IMG/VR virus record: IMGVR_UViG_3300021387_000688
Direction: 5' to 3' (one strand)
Source: a virus
Lineage: Duplodnaviria; Caudoviricetes
DNA length: 64,000 nucleotides
Shown: positions 1 to 11,100 of the stretch, in pieces
Position numbering within the stretch: position 1 is the first letter of the stretch
Layout: each line of letters begins with the position of its first letter
Translations under genes and position numbers: made by a program
Notes under the pieces: model-generated
What the model saw: only the letters and a program-made list of their open reading frames with translations
Told to the model about the DNA's origin: nothing
Database searches by the model: none

Positions 1-153
1 TACTTTAGGTAAATCTTCTGTATAAATTTTTACCTTCATTTCTTTTTCACAATTAATCCAAATATCTATTTTACCCTTCATTGGCGGGAACATTAAATAA
101 TCTTTAGCCGCCATTAAATCTACCAAATCATTTTCTTCTATTTCGTTTGCCAT
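1..153 (-). CDS. Hypothetical protein, 5' part only (runs off window start)
   Basis: Open minus frame MANEIEENDLVDLMAAKDYLMFPPMKGK... from ATG at 153, with a GAGG SD upstream; not in the ORF track. Confidence 0.7.
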   Translation of the reverse strand, partial: MANEIEENDLVDLMAAKDYLMFPPMKGKIDIWINCEKEMKVKIYTEDLPKV

Positions 154-198
154 CTCAATAGTCCTCTTTACTAATTATTCTAATTAAATAGTCAAGGA

Positions 199-537
199 AT
201 GGTTATGAAGAGTAGATACGATTATATGAGAGAAAGTTGGATCGCTAAAGATATAGACGGAGAAGCTTATCCTGATCCTCTTACAATCGACTATAAAAGT
301 TTAACAGATAATGCAGATGGAGTACCTTCTACCTATACACTTACCGAACCTGACGTTTTGAAGTTATGGAAATCCTATTACAAAGCCACCGGTAAAACAG
401 AAATGGATGATGTACTATATACACTTAATGGTATAGAACATGTAGGAGTATTAGAACCTTTGGATCAAATATATTTGTTTGATGTAGATTCTATTCATCA
501 ATATAAATTTAAGGACCTAACAAATCCAACTAACTAA
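199..537 (+). CDS. Baseplate wedge protein, LysM/tail-X (T4 gp53)-like
   Basis: YTLTEPD..LW..YY..G...DDVLYTLNGI....LEP...IYL pattern typical of LysM-like baseplate proteins; late motif at 170-177. Confidence 0.55.
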   Translation: MVMKSRYDYMRESWIAKDIDGEAYPDPLTIDYKSLTDNADGVPSTYTLTEPDVLKLWKSYYKATGKTEMDDVLYTLNGIEHVGVLEPLDQIYLFDVDSIHQYKFKDLTNPTN

Positions 538-558
538 AAGGAAGAGGAATAATCGTAT

Positions 559-3500
559 ATGCAAAAGAAACAAAACGATTCTTACACAGGAGATGCAATC
601 ACAAATAACATCAAATATGCAGATAATGAATGGCAGGCTCATGGTACAGTAGACCGTGGTTCTATGTTCTTAACTGAGCCTCTTTTAGGTTTGTTATATG
701 CAGGTAAGAAATATGATAAAGATTTAGGGGATTATAAAGATTATGTACCTCGTGGTAGTATGTCTAGTACTGCAGGTTTGGATGCAAATGCAACTGCATT
801 AGCAAGAGCAAAATTTCAGATTGAACCAGCCCGTTTAAGTCATGACTTGCTATTATTAGATGCAACCTATTATGTATCTACTGCTAACAGTTCATTAGTA
901 AACATTTTCGATGTCGATACATATATCAAAAAAGCTATTTCTATAGCTAACCCTATTTACGACGATCACGTAAATTACAAAGTTATACACTTAATTGATC
1001 CAGACAATGTAGATGAAAACCTTACTGTAAAGGATTTCTTAAAACAAGTGCATCCAAAAGCCGCTTTAGGTAAAGATATAAATGACGAGGATTTAGGTGT
1101 AGTATTTGAAAGATATTCTGTAAAAAGGACCGATAACTCTCAATTTACGTTAAACCCAAATACAAAAATTAAAGAGTTTTTAAGCCATAAGGATGAAGAT
1201 ACTCTTGAAGGAATTGCAGCAAAAGTATTCTATGAAGACTTTACATTACATGAACACGATCCTCTTTCTATTAGAAATCCTTTTGATGTAAGATCTGAAG
1301 AAAGGCGTCAATATTATCTTTCAAGATTCTTAGCCAATACAGTATCTCATTCTTTAGGAGTATCTGAAAACGGTTTAGGATATTATGAAATCTTAAATAA
1401 CATGATTGAAGATGCTACCTTCCATTCATATGGTACTGCAGAAGATACATGGCCAAAAAGGGTTTTCGGAGACGAAGCTCTTCAATGGAACCTAGAAAAT
1501 GCATATTCTTGGACATCTAATCTAGTAGGGGAGGATGATGAACATTTACCAATAGAAGATACTACAGAAACCCAAGATAATAAATACATAGAAGTGTTTA
1601 GAAGATTCTTAGGGGATAAATCTTCCAGAGCAAACTATAAAGAGTATTTGAGAAGAATGAATACTGCTATTTCTTCTATCTCAAAATACTGTATCGATGT
1701 ATATGTAGACTGGGATACAAGTGATCCTGGATCTATCAAAGACTCTTGGGGTATTCACCTTTTGAATGAAGAGTCTACTACAAACTTGTTCCAGGATAAC
1801 AGCCACAACTATAGGCTTTTCAATACTGCAGCTTTAGGTTATAAATTGGCAGATGCTCTTATTTCTTTAAGAACATTCTTAGGTGGTTTCTATCACATGT
1901 TCTCTGCTTCAGGAGGAGATTCTGAACAAGCTACATATGTTATCCCTTATGATACCCCTATTTATGAAAGATCTGTTAACACTACTCCTATAGGAGCATT
2001 ATGTGAAGGTAACGTAGATTGGAATGGTTCAGGAGAAAATCCATTTTATAGACAAAATACTTATGTTACAATAGATACATTAAACAACTTGTATAGATTG
2101 GGACATGGCATTAAAGGAGACATCGTCGCCAGTGATGATTATCCAAGTTCTTATGCATTTGAAGCTGAAATTAAAGAATGGTTGTCAAACGAAACTCTTA
2201 TGATTAAAGCACCTGTATATGGTGACTATGTAGAAGAGTTGAACTTCATGCAGGATTTGAACCCAGATTCTGATGTTAACTTCGCCAACTTAAGGATTAA
2301 GAAAACTTCTATTCCTTATAAAAATTCTCAGGATTCTAAATATGAAGAACCCTTCGTAATGAGAACTAATCCTCTTGTCAACCGGGAAAAGGAAAACAAA
2401 AAAGGATATGGAGTACATGCATCTGAAGCTTTGGCAGCTGTAGGTGATAACCCAGATGGATTAAATTGGGGAGAAAATGAACCCAAAACTTCTCATGTTA
2501 TCCCTCCTTTCTTATATGACTATGATAAGAGAAATGAAGAAGATTTCTTAGAGGCAGATGAAAGGCTTTTAAGTAAAGAAGGGGCTAAACAAAGGGTTGC
2601 AAACCCAGCAGGTAATTCTGTAATAGAATCTAGAATAGAATCTCCTACAATTGATGAATTGTGGACATTCTTGAAATACTTAACAGAATCTGACGGTAAT
2701 GTAAATGATTCTAATAGATTACCTTCTTTCTATGGTATCGATAAAAAGTTTATCAAAAACAGCTTAATAACAAAAGAGGATTTTGCAAATACAGTAAACC
2801 CAATGGCCGCTGAAGATAACAATCGTAAGATTATTGATATCTTAAACTGGCACATTATTCCAGATACTAGCAAACCTCCTTACTATAGTTCTGAAGCCGA
2901 GAATGAAATACGTTTAGGTGGATATGAAGTTACAGAGTATATCGATAAGATTTACGACTATGAAATAAATCCATTCTCAAGAAGGGTTGTTAAGAAGGAC
3001 GGGGATAAGTATGAATATGATACAGAGGCCCAGTTCGATCAAGATGTTAACGGAAAGTATTCTAACAGTCATGATGAACCTACAGGTTATCTTGAAAAGT
3101 TGTACAACGAAACAATTGCAAACTTTGCTTTGTATAATGCATTAGAGGGAGATGAATCTTTATCAAATGCCGCAGAAATTGTTAGCATATTTGAAGATGA
3201 AAACTATGATAATTACTTTAATGCAGAAGCAGATAAACTTATCAAGACCCCTACTTCAGAAAAGAAGCTAGCTTATGCACAAGCCCAATGGTCTAATCAA
3301 AGAGTTAAAGCTTTCACTTTATTGAGTAGGATTTTGAATTATCATAAAGCTGATGGGGAAAATGATTTAGTAGATGGTAAAGATACTTCTTATCACAACC
3401 ACTATAAACATTATATGAACCATCCAAAAAACTTGAAATCTATCGAAAGGGATTTGGAAGCTATTCGTCAAAACTTGCAGAGCTTAGCTGAATTTGCTTT

Positions 3501-4008
3501 AGCTACCTTCACTTCTATGGGTTATGCAGATAGATCTACAAACCGTGGCACATTACATCAATTGCATAGAAACAGTTTTGATTTCAATTCTACTTTGATA
3601 GGTACAGATAAGTTTAATGGACCTATTAGCTTAGCAGATTTGAACAATACAATTGCAGATCCTGAACCAAATACTCTTTACAACTTTGCAGTTACCGTTT
3701 ACAAAGGAGAAGATTTAGCAAACTCTTTAAACAACTTAGTTGAACCAAAGGTAGATGGCGACTTGTTAGTATCTGCAATGGATAGAAAAGTTGTATTTGA
3801 AGATGGTGAGTTTGCAGAAAGATATAAAGAAGATGTTTATGATCATAATATCATAGATTTAAGAGGACCTGTAGTTAATACAAGGGCTCTTAAAGAAAGG
3901 TATAGTCCTAATGAGACTTTACTAAGTGAAGTATACTTGGCCGCAGACGGTACATGGAGAAGTATCCACGAACACCCAGTTGCACCTATTTTGGATTGCG
4001 AATTTTAA
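559..4008 (+). CDS. Large putative virion structural protein (1149 aa)
   Basis: Long acidic ORF with a GAGGA SD and an ACTAA late motif, directly before the tail tube gene; no recognisable enzyme motif. Confidence 0.5.
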   Translation: MQKKQNDSYTGDAITNNIKYADNEWQAHGTVDRGSMFLTEPLLGLLYAGKKYDKDLGDYKDYVPRGSMSSTAGLDANATALARAKFQIEPARLSHDLLLLDATYYVSTANSSLVNIFDVDTYIKKAISIANPIYDDHVNYKVIHLIDPDNVDENLTVKDFLKQVHPKAALGKDINDEDLGVVFERYSVKRTDNSQFTLNPNTKIKEFLSHKDEDTLEGIAAKVFYEDFTLHEHDPLSIRNPFDVRSEERRQYYLSRFLANTVSHSLGVSENGLGYYEILNNMIEDATFHSYGTAEDTWPKRVFGDEALQWNLENAYSWTSNLVGEDDEHLPIEDTTETQDNKYIEVFRRFLGDKSSRANYKEYLRRMNTAISSISKYCIDVYVDWDTSDPGSIKDSWGIHLLNEESTTNLFQDNSHNYRLFNTAALGYKLADALISLRTFLGGFYHMFSASGGDSEQATYVIPYDTPIYERSVNTTPIGALCEGNVDWNGSGENPFYRQNTYVTIDTLNNLYRLGHGIKGDIVASDDYPSSYAFEAEIKEWLSNETLMIKAPVYGDYVEELNFMQDLNPDSDVNFANLRIKKTSIPYKNSQDSKYEEPFVMRTNPLVNREKENKKGYGVHASEALAAVGDNPDGLNWGENEPKTSHVIPPFLYDYDKRNEEDFLEADERLLSKEGAKQRVANPAGNSVIESRIESPTIDELWTFLKYLTESDGNVNDSNRLPSFYGIDKKFIKNSLITKEDFANTVNPMAAEDNNRKIIDILNWHIIPDTSKPPYYSSEAENEIRLGGYEVTEYIDKIYDYEINPFSRRVVKKDGDKYEYDTEAQFDQDVNGKYSNSHDEPTGYLEKLYNETIANFALYNALEGDESLSNAAEIVSIFEDENYDNYFNAEADKLIKTPTSEKKLAYAQAQWSNQRVKAFTLLSRILNYHKADGENDLVDGKDTSYHNHYKHYMNHPKNLKSIERDLEAIRQNLQSLAEFALATFTSMGYADRSTNRGTLHQLHRNSFDFNSTLIGTDKFNGPISLADLNNTIADPEPNTLYNFAVTVYKGEDLANSLNNLVEPKVDGDLLVSAMDRKVVFEDGEFAERYKEDVYDHNIIDLRGPVVNTRALKERYSPNETLLSEVYLAADGTWRSIHEHPVAPILDCEF

Positions 4009-4068
4009 TTTTGCAATACACTAAATAAATACAAGTATACTTAAAAAACTTCAATTGGAGGAAATTAA

Positions 4069-4752
4069 ATGGCACAAAAAACAGCTAATGGTACTTTTAC
4101 CGGAGTTACAGCAGGAGCTATACTACCCGGACACACACCAGCTAGTACATTGATGATGGCTACAGGCGATGCAATGGATAACATATTCGATGTTATGGTG
4201 GGTTGGCCAAGTGGATTAGACACTAGTGCTCCTATTGCAGAAGCATCTTATAGATGTGAAGGATTCAATGTACCTCAGGCAAAAACAAACACTCACAATG
4301 TAACATGGCATGGAGTTACAGTAAAGAAAGTAAGCTCTGGTATCAAGTTAGACAGAGAGCAGAAATTGAAATTCAGATATGATGCAAACTATGCACTATA
4401 TATGAGATTTAAAGCATGGAAGAGAATTACTGGAGATGTTAACACTAGTGGTGTAGCAAACACAGAATCCGCTTTAGGATGGTTTGCAGTAGTAGCACCT
4501 GGACAGGAATATAACTCTCAAAGTTTCTATAACATGATCACAAGTAACACAGATGATTCTGGTGATAATATCATGATTAATGATATGCAAAATATCAGGT
4601 TACTTTATTGGATTTTGAACAGTGCACAGGTAATAGATGTAGGAACCCCTCAATTCAAAAATCAAGGGGATGGTAAGGAAATGTGGTACGAGGTATCATT
4701 CATTTACGGTGATATGGCAGATCCATTTGAATCAGCTACTAAGGCAAGCTAA
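4069..4752 (+). CDS. gp19: Tail tube protein (T4 gp19-like)
   Basis: FDVMV..RCEGFNVP....VTWHG..VK.....KFRYDANY.LY..FKAW resembles gp19; late motif ACTAAATA, GGAGG SD, own terminator. Confidence 0.7.
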   Translation: MAQKTANGTFTGVTAGAILPGHTPASTLMMATGDAMDNIFDVMVGWPSGLDTSAPIAEASYRCEGFNVPQAKTNTHNVTWHGVTVKKVSSGIKLDREQKLKFRYDANYALYMRFKAWKRITGDVNTSGVANTESALGWFAVVAPGQEYNSQSFYNMITSNTDDSGDNIMINDMQNIRLLYWILNSAQVIDVGTPQFKNQGDGKEMWYEVSFIYGDMADPFESATKAS

Positions 4753-4768
4753 AAATTAAAATTGCAAT

Positions 4769-4798
4769 AAAAAAGCTCCTCATTGAGGAGCTTTTTTT
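4769..4798. terminator. Bidirectional intrinsic terminator
   Basis: AAAAAAGCTCCTCA-T-TGAGGAGCTTTTTTT between convergent genes. Confidence 0.9.
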
Positions 4799-4819
4799 AT
4801 GCTTAAAAGTTTTTACTTA

Positions 4820-5173
4820 TTAGCAAGATGCTTTCCAAGTTTCCTGTGCACGGTAACCAGAACCTGCATTGATATCGCGGCCATATTTCATAACCTGATA
4901 TTCATAACCTTTAAGAGCATCATCCTTAAGGTGAAGTTTCTTGCGCTGTTCTGAGAAGTAAATATCTTCTGGAGTTTCAGTACCAGCTTCTTTTGCAATT
5001 ACTTTTGTACCGTCTCTCAAAGTATATTCACCTGGGCCCCATCCACCAAGTGCTGGATCGATGCGCCAACCCCAACGACGAATGATTGATTTCAACTGAC
5101 CCTCAGTTGGATATGGTATACCATCTTCTGTGTACTGAATTTCTTCCTGAACCTGTGAATTTGCCTTTGACAT
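4820..5173 (-). CDS. Hypothetical protein (early/middle)
   Basis: 117-aa ORF, GAGGT SD, GAAA-N19-TATATT promoter upstream. Confidence 0.7.
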   Translation of the reverse strand: MSKANSQVQEEIQYTEDGIPYPTEGQLKSIIRRWGWRIDPALGGWGPGEYTLRDGTKVIAKEAGTETPEDIYFSEQRKKLHLKDDALKGYEYQVMKYGRDINAGSGYRAQETWKASC

Positions 5174-5327
5174 AATTTGTACCTCGTGTTATATTAAGTT
5201 ATAATTTATGATTATAATATAGCTAAACTTTGGGACAATTTTTCGAAAATGTTTGAAAAAGTTACCAAATCTATATTAAAAATGGAACCCACTACTAATT
5301 TGAAAATAAAAGGAGTTATTACATATA

Positions 5328-6398
5328 ATGAAAGAAGAGAAACAAGTTGACACTGAATTGATCAATGTAGAAGAAATTGCAAGAGACGCTGACGTACCTG
5401 CAGGTTACGTAAAAGTAGCAATGTCTACTAAAGGATTTGGTTATGCTCCTAAAACCTTTCATATAAGAGACTTATCAGTAGAAGAAACATTACAATTGGG
5501 AATGACTGCTCCAGAAGAGATTCCTGTAAAGTTCCCGGCAATGATGGATAAGCTTATTTACGAAAAAGATGTGCATGTAGGAGACTTCATGGATGGTGAA
5601 GTTTCTGAATTTATGATTTGGTTTTATGTAAACTTCTATCAGCATAAATTGAAGGACATTGATTATAAGTTGGATGAAAAAACTAAACAATGGGCTTTGA
5701 AAAATATGTTCGGTGGAGTAGATGGACAACCATATCAAAACTGGTTGAGAGGTATTGAAAGGGGAGATATTCCACTTCATTTTGATATCGACCTTTATAA
5801 GATTAGATTTTATTCTATTACTGAAAAGATTAAAACAACTGTAGAGTACGAACATAAAGGTTTCAAAGCAGTGTTTGCTTATCCAAGGTTTGGAGATGCT
5901 GCAATACTTCAAAAAGCCGTAAAAGATAAGTTTAGAGAACAGGATGCCCAGATCGGTCCTTTATACGATATCTATAAAAGAAAGATGGATATGGAAAAAG
6001 CCATAAGAAGGGGCGAAAGAATTGACCAATCTCAGATTCCTTATTTGGATGAAGAAGATCTAAACGCTGCCCGTCAATATGAAATTGAAAAAACAGTATA
6101 TACCATTTCTTTGATGAAAGGTATGTATCTTAGAAGTATTGATGGTAGAGATGTAAGTAATTTATCGCTCGCAGAAAGAGTAGAGATTGCAAAAGATAAT
6201 CGTATCGATTATCCATGCTATCAAACCATTCAGGAAGCCTTTAAGGATATGAAAGTAGGTCCAGTACCTCTTGTAGAGATTACAAATCCTGTAACAGGGG
6301 AGGTTGAAAAAGATTACGAGTATCCCTTTCGGGCCCTTGAGTTGCTTGCCTTTATTAAGAACTACAGACCTGACGACGCAACTGTTAAGTATGTCTAG
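5328..6398 (+). CDS. Baseplate hub/tail assembly chaperone (T4 gp26-like)
   Basis: FHIRDLSVEE N-terminal motif and C-terminal P.VEITNPVTG..YPF pattern of gp26-like chaperones; AGGAG SD; late motif at 5294. Confidence 0.6.
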   Translation: MKEEKQVDTELINVEEIARDADVPAGYVKVAMSTKGFGYAPKTFHIRDLSVEETLQLGMTAPEEIPVKFPAMMDKLIYEKDVHVGDFMDGEVSEFMIWFYVNFYQHKLKDIDYKLDEKTKQWALKNMFGGVDGQPYQNWLRGIERGDIPLHFDIDLYKIRFYSITEKIKTTVEYEHKGFKAVFAYPRFGDAAILQKAVKDKFREQDAQIGPLYDIYKRKMDMEKAIRRGERIDQSQIPYLDEEDLNAARQYEIEKTVYTISLMKGMYLRSIDGRDVSNLSLAERVEIAKDNRIDYPCYQTIQEAFKDMKVGPVPLVEITNPVTGEVEKDYEYPFRALELLAFIKNYRPDDATVKYV

Positions 6399-6594
6399 AC
6401 ATACTTCTAACAATTATATGACTTGCATGAAAATGCCGGTACATATGTTTATTTCGTTAGGTAACATTCTTTCTGAGCAATTCAGGAAAGAACAAGAAGA
6501 GCAGGAAAAGGCACAAGAAGAAGCTGAATCTCATGCACCAAGATTTGATATGCCAGACTATAGTTCCATGTTGAATAATTTTAACATAAGGTAG
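6304..6594 (+). CDS. gp51-like hub assembly segment, probably reached by +1 frameshift from the upstream gene
   Basis: MSRHTSNNY...MKMP.......L.EQ.RKEQE resembles gp51; +1 frame relative to 5328 ORF; no SD; slippery site at 6324-6332. Confidence 0.55.
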   Translation: MKKITSIPFGPLSCLPLLRTTDLTTQLLSMSRHTSNNYMTCMKMPVHMFISLGNILSEQFRKEQEEQEKAQEEAESHAPRFDMPDYSSMLNNFNIR

Positions 6595-6607
6595 GCTAAA
6601 TAATATT

Positions 6608-6802
6608 ATGAAAGGTATAGATTTAGACACCTTGTATGAATACAAGTTGAAGGCAGAAAAAGCTACTTCTTTATACGAAGATAGAAGAGTTAGATGTACA
6701 GGAGACTTCTTAGTAGAAGATGATTTTGTAGGGTTTGAAGACGCTCTTACAGAAATAGATTCTCCTGAAGATGATTATGACTTTTCTTTCTTAACGCGTT
6801 AA
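6608..6802 (+). CDS. Small acidic hypothetical protein
   Basis: 64-aa ORF; GCTAAATA late motif 5 nt before the ATG; terminator follows. Confidence 0.6.
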   Translation: MKGIDLDTLYEYKLKAEKATSLYEDRRVRCTGDFLVEDDFVGFEDALTEIDSPEDDYDFSFLTR

Positions 6803-6822
6803 ATATTAATTTAAAATAAAAC

Positions 6823-6851
6823 GCCTCCTAGAAATGGGAGGCTTTCTTTTT
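6823..6851 (+). terminator. Intrinsic terminator
   Basis: GCCTCCTA-GAAA-TGGGAGGC followed by a T-run. Confidence 0.8.
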
Positions 6852-6872
6852 ACCATTTTCTATATTGTAAGT

Positions 6873-7433
6873 ATGAGAATAGCAATTATAGGAATGCAGG
6901 GTACTGGAAAAACAACATTACTTGAAGCCCTTAAAAAAGATTGGAATGTAGATTGGGAAATCATGCCTTCTATTGGAAGAACAATGAAGAGTATGGGTTT
7001 ACCAATTAATGAAATGGGATCGGACAAAACTCAATATGAAGCTTTGTTTTTGACTTTGGAACAACTTAAATACAAAGATGGTTTTTATGCAAGAACATTT
7101 GTAGATGGATTTGTTTATACAAAATATCTTGCAGAAAGAGGATTAGTACATCCGGATATTTTGGAAACTTGGGCAAGATATTTAGAAAGAAACCAAAAAG
7201 AATATGATTACCAATTTTATCTTAAGCCAGAATTTGATTTAGAAAAAGATGGTACAAGATCTGAAGATGATGATTTTAATTATAATTCAGAAAGGTTGTT
7301 TAATGAAACTGTAGAATATTTGAAATCTATAGGAGTAAAGATTTATGAGCTTACAGGATCTGTAGAAGAAAGGGTAGCTCAAGTTAATGAAATTGTTAAG
7401 AAAGCAAAAGGAGAAGTAAATGAAGAAGTATAA
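6873..7433 (+). CDS. P-loop nucleotide kinase/ATPase (NadR/AAA_28-like, possible dNMP kinase)
   Basis: MRIAIIGMQGTGKTT Walker A; RTFVD; YD..FYL.PEF.LEKDG.R; LTGSVEERV. Start moved from 6834 to 6873 because TATATT lies 6 nt upstream. Confidence 0.8.
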   Translation: MRIAIIGMQGTGKTTLLEALKKDWNVDWEIMPSIGRTMKSMGLPINEMGSDKTQYEALFLTLEQLKYKDGFYARTFVDGFVYTKYLAERGLVHPDILETWARYLERNQKEYDYQFYLKPEFDLEKDGTRSEDDDFNYNSERLFNETVEYLKSIGVKIYELTGSVEERVAQVNEIVKKAKGEVNEEV

Positions 7434-8091
7434 GTTCGTTGGTTATGAACGTACCACTATGGAGGACTTTCCTTTAAGTCCTGGCCAGATGTGCGTCAAA
7501 ATAGTAGAAGATGAAAACGGTAAATTGTTTTCAGAAGTAATGTCAGAGTACCTCGATTCAAAAGGTAAAAGTATTAAAGACATGGCAGAAATGGCCAACC
7601 TGTTAAAGATGAAATATGGGGTACATGTAGTAATCAATTCCGGAGAATTGGAAGATGACGATATTGCAGAAATAGCATTTGGTTTCAAGCCTTTGGATGA
7701 AAAATCTAAAGAACATAGAGTATCATTGACAAATGACCCTACTATGCAGATCTTGCAGAATGCAAAACGTCCTTACGCAGCTCTTACATATAAAGGAATT
7801 CCAGTAGGTAATGTAAAGAAACTTTGCAACCAGTTTGATGGAGTAACTTTCGATTTGAGGAATAGTACCGTAGAAGAATTAAATGACAACATTGTTCCAT
7901 TGATGGCTATCTTCCAGCGTGAACAGCCTGCAATGTATATTATTTCTGCAGAAGTAGCAAATGCAATGAAGAGTGCAATTGATGCTAAAGAAAGTCCGGC
8001 TCTTAAACAGTTGGAATTTAAAGCAACTGTATTCAAGAATGTATTTGCTCCAAAAGAAGGATTGGAAAATAATTTTATTAGGTCGCTCTAA
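7420..8091 (+). CDS. Hypothetical protein
   Basis: 223-aa ORF with AGGAG SD overlapping the kinase stop. Confidence 0.7.
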   Translation: MKKYKFVGYERTTMEDFPLSPGQMCVKIVEDENGKLFSEVMSEYLDSKGKSIKDMAEMANLLKMKYGVHVVINSGELEDDDIAEIAFGFKPLDEKSKEHRVSLTNDPTMQILQNAKRPYAALTYKGIPVGNVKKLCNQFDGVTFDLRNSTVEELNDNIVPLMAIFQREQPAMYIISAEVANAMKSAIDAKESPALKQLEFKATVFKNVFAPKEGLENNFIRSL

Positions 8092-8111
8092 TTAAAAGTT
8101 TTTTAAGTATT

Positions 8112-8141
8112 AAACCCCTAGAATTTCTAGGGGTTTTCTTT
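8112..8141 (+). terminator. Intrinsic terminator
   Basis: AAACCCCTAGAA-T-TTCTAGGGGTTT plus T-run. Confidence 0.85.
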
Positions 8142-8156
8142 TGCCTACGATTTCAG

Positions 8157-8164
8157 ACTAATTG
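8157..8164 (+). promoter_or_regulatory. Late promoter motif ACTAAWTR (representative copy)
   Basis: Also at +170, +4020, +5294, +6595, +11247, +22368, +34428, +39157, +44384 and -22259, -44364, -52322, -56341, nearly always before structural genes. Confidence 0.75.
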
Positions 8165-8168
8165 AGAT

Positions 8169-11100
8169 ATGGCTAAAGTAACTAACGAAACTGTTAATAA
8201 ACTCAATAGTACTGTTTCAAAAAACACCTCAGCAGTTGATAAAAGTACAAACGCTAGCAAGAAGAGTGCTTCTTCTAGTGATAAGAATACTTCTGCCGCA
8301 AATAAATTAGATAATACAATAAAAGCAAATACAAAAGCAAGTAATGCAAATGCAAACACTATAGATAAAGCTGCAGATTCAATAGAGAAATCTGTAGGCA
8401 TTTTAAAAGATGAAGGTATTAATCTTACAGAGTCTATAGATAATGTTAAAAAAGAAATTCAAGAACTTCCAGAAAAATGGCAAGAACTCCTCCAAACTGT
8501 TATGGAGATGAATAATAAGATTTTAGACTTAAATGAATCTAAACCTGAAATACCTGAAGGTAGTACAGATAATCCTAAAAGGGAAGAAGATGAAGAAAAA
8601 GAGTCTGAAAATCCTTTAGAAAAAGAATTTGAAAAATTGTCATTTGATACTAGCGGTACAGATATATCTATTTTAACTTCAGCTAACAATTTACCTAATA
8701 TGATGGGGGCCGGATTGGCTTTAATCCATAATAGCTTGCAACAAGTAGTAGGAGCTATTACAGATGGCTTCTCTCAAATGACCTCATTGTTAGTAGGTAA
8801 CTTAAATAAAGTAAACAATTCAGAAGAAGCTAAAAATACTGAAGCAGGGGAGAATCAAGTCACTCCATTAAAATCTTCAATCGCAGAATTCTTTAATGGA
8901 TTAGCTGGACCAATGCAATCAATTGCATCTGCCTTGTTGTTGGTATCTTTGGCCGCAGCTGTATTAAATGCAATACCTTTGGAAAGTATGACAGTTACGG
9001 TAACCATGCAATTGTTTACCTTCCTTACGGCCACCTTTACGGCCTTATCATTGATATCTTTAGGCTATCAAAAAGTAGCTCATATAGTTGATCCAGAACA
9101 ACAAGACAATCCTGCAAACCTTATGAATATGGTAAACCAGTTGTCTAAGATGATGTTGAGTATAGGAGCTATGGTTGCAGTTTCTGTAGCAATAGTAACT
9201 GTATTGAAATCTAATATGAGTTATGTAATGGCCGGTTTGGCTATGTCATTTGGAACAATGGCTTTGTCATTGATTTCTATTTCTTTACTTTCCGAAATGG
9301 CTTTACCAGAAGTACAAGAAGGTTCTAAACCAAATCAATTAATGCAAGATTTCAATAAGATGTTGTTAATTACATCTGCAATATTTTTGGTTAATGCTTT
9401 GTTGTTCCCTATCATAAGAGAAGGTGCTATTGCCTCTATGGTTATAATGGGAGTTATGTCTTTTGCAATTATCAAAATGATGGAATCTGTAAAAGAGTTG
9501 GCCGAAATAGATCCAGAAGTGCTAGAACAATTAAATGGTTTATTTACTAGAATAACAGTATTGTTTGGTATTATGGGTGCAATGGTTATTATATTAGGCT
9601 TATTACCTCTTAATGTAGTCATTCAAGGAACAATTACCGTAATGGCCATGACCGGTTTAATAGCCGGCCTTGTATATATGTTAACAACTTCTGCAAAGAA
9701 ATTAGATAGCTTAAAACCAGATACATTAGAGCAATTAAATACAATGATTATAGCATCCACTGTTATGATTGGATTGTTAGGATTGTTGGTAATTGTTTTA
9801 GGATTAATGCCTCTAACTGCTGTAATTCAAGGTATAGTGGCTGTAACAATTATTGCAGCTTTACCAATTGCCTTGATTAAAATATTTGCAAAAGTAGCTC
9901 AACAATCTTCCCAGTTGGTACAAGCCTTAGAAGGTATAGTTATTGCAACTGTAGTATCCCTTGCTACTGCAGGTTTAGCTTGGTTGTTAATTACATTACT
10001 TGGGGGATTTACAATTCAGCAAGTATTAACTACTATGGCCACAATGGGATTGATGTTAGCTTTATCTTTAGTAGTTACTGGAGCCATTGTAATATTAGGA
10101 GTAATATTTGCAGCATTGATTAGTGGACCTCAAGCCGCTCTAATACCTATGGCTATTGTAGGTATAGCGATTGCAGGTACTGTTTCATTAGCTATTGCAG
10201 GATTTGCTAGACTACTTTCTTCCATATTTGGTAGCGAAGAAGAAGCTATCAAAGCTCAACAAGCTGCAAAAGCAGTTATGATGACAGCCATTGCATTAAC
10301 TACAATTGCAGTATCTATTGTAACTATTGGTGCTTTAGCTATTCCAATGATGATTGCTATGCCATTAGCTCTTACGGCTTTGGAAGGACTAACAAGATTT
10401 ATAAATACATTAAATGCACCAGAAGGTATTTTAGCTATATTGGCCGCTAGTGGTCAAATGGACTTATCTGGCGTATACGCTCAGGTAGCTAACATTTCTA
10501 GACTTTGTATCGCATTAGCCACATTGAATATACCCCTTTCAATATTGGCACTTAATGCACCTTTGTTGTTAATATCTTTAAGTATTTGTACCACCTCAAT
10601 GTTTATGATAGGTGCAAGTTTAGTATTACTTTCAGGCTCATTGAGAGTAATTCAAGCTTTAACATTTGTAGATGTAAGTCCAAAGATTACAGAATTAAGT
10701 AATGCCATCCAATCATTGAATAATTTGGCTCAGGTTGTTAGCAACTTTACAGGAATGGATATAGCTAAAGTATTAATGGTAAAAGCAGCTCTTGGCTATG
10801 TAGCATCCTTTGAAAAATCTTTAGGTAGAATTGGCAATAATGCCGCAACTGAAAATATTGTAAACTTAACAAATAATTTATCAAACTTGGCTAATACAGC
10901 TCCAGGATTGAATGCACTTGCCGAAGCTATTACAAGAGTATCTGCCGCCACTGCAAGTCTAAATCAAGTTCAAAATTCAAATGCTCAAAGTATAGAAAGA
11001 CTTACAGGTCAAGCCGCAAGTAGGAATGAATTCTTAAGCAACCCTTCTTTGAGACAAGAAAGTTCTAATAAATCCAATTCATCTAACTTTGAACCAATCT

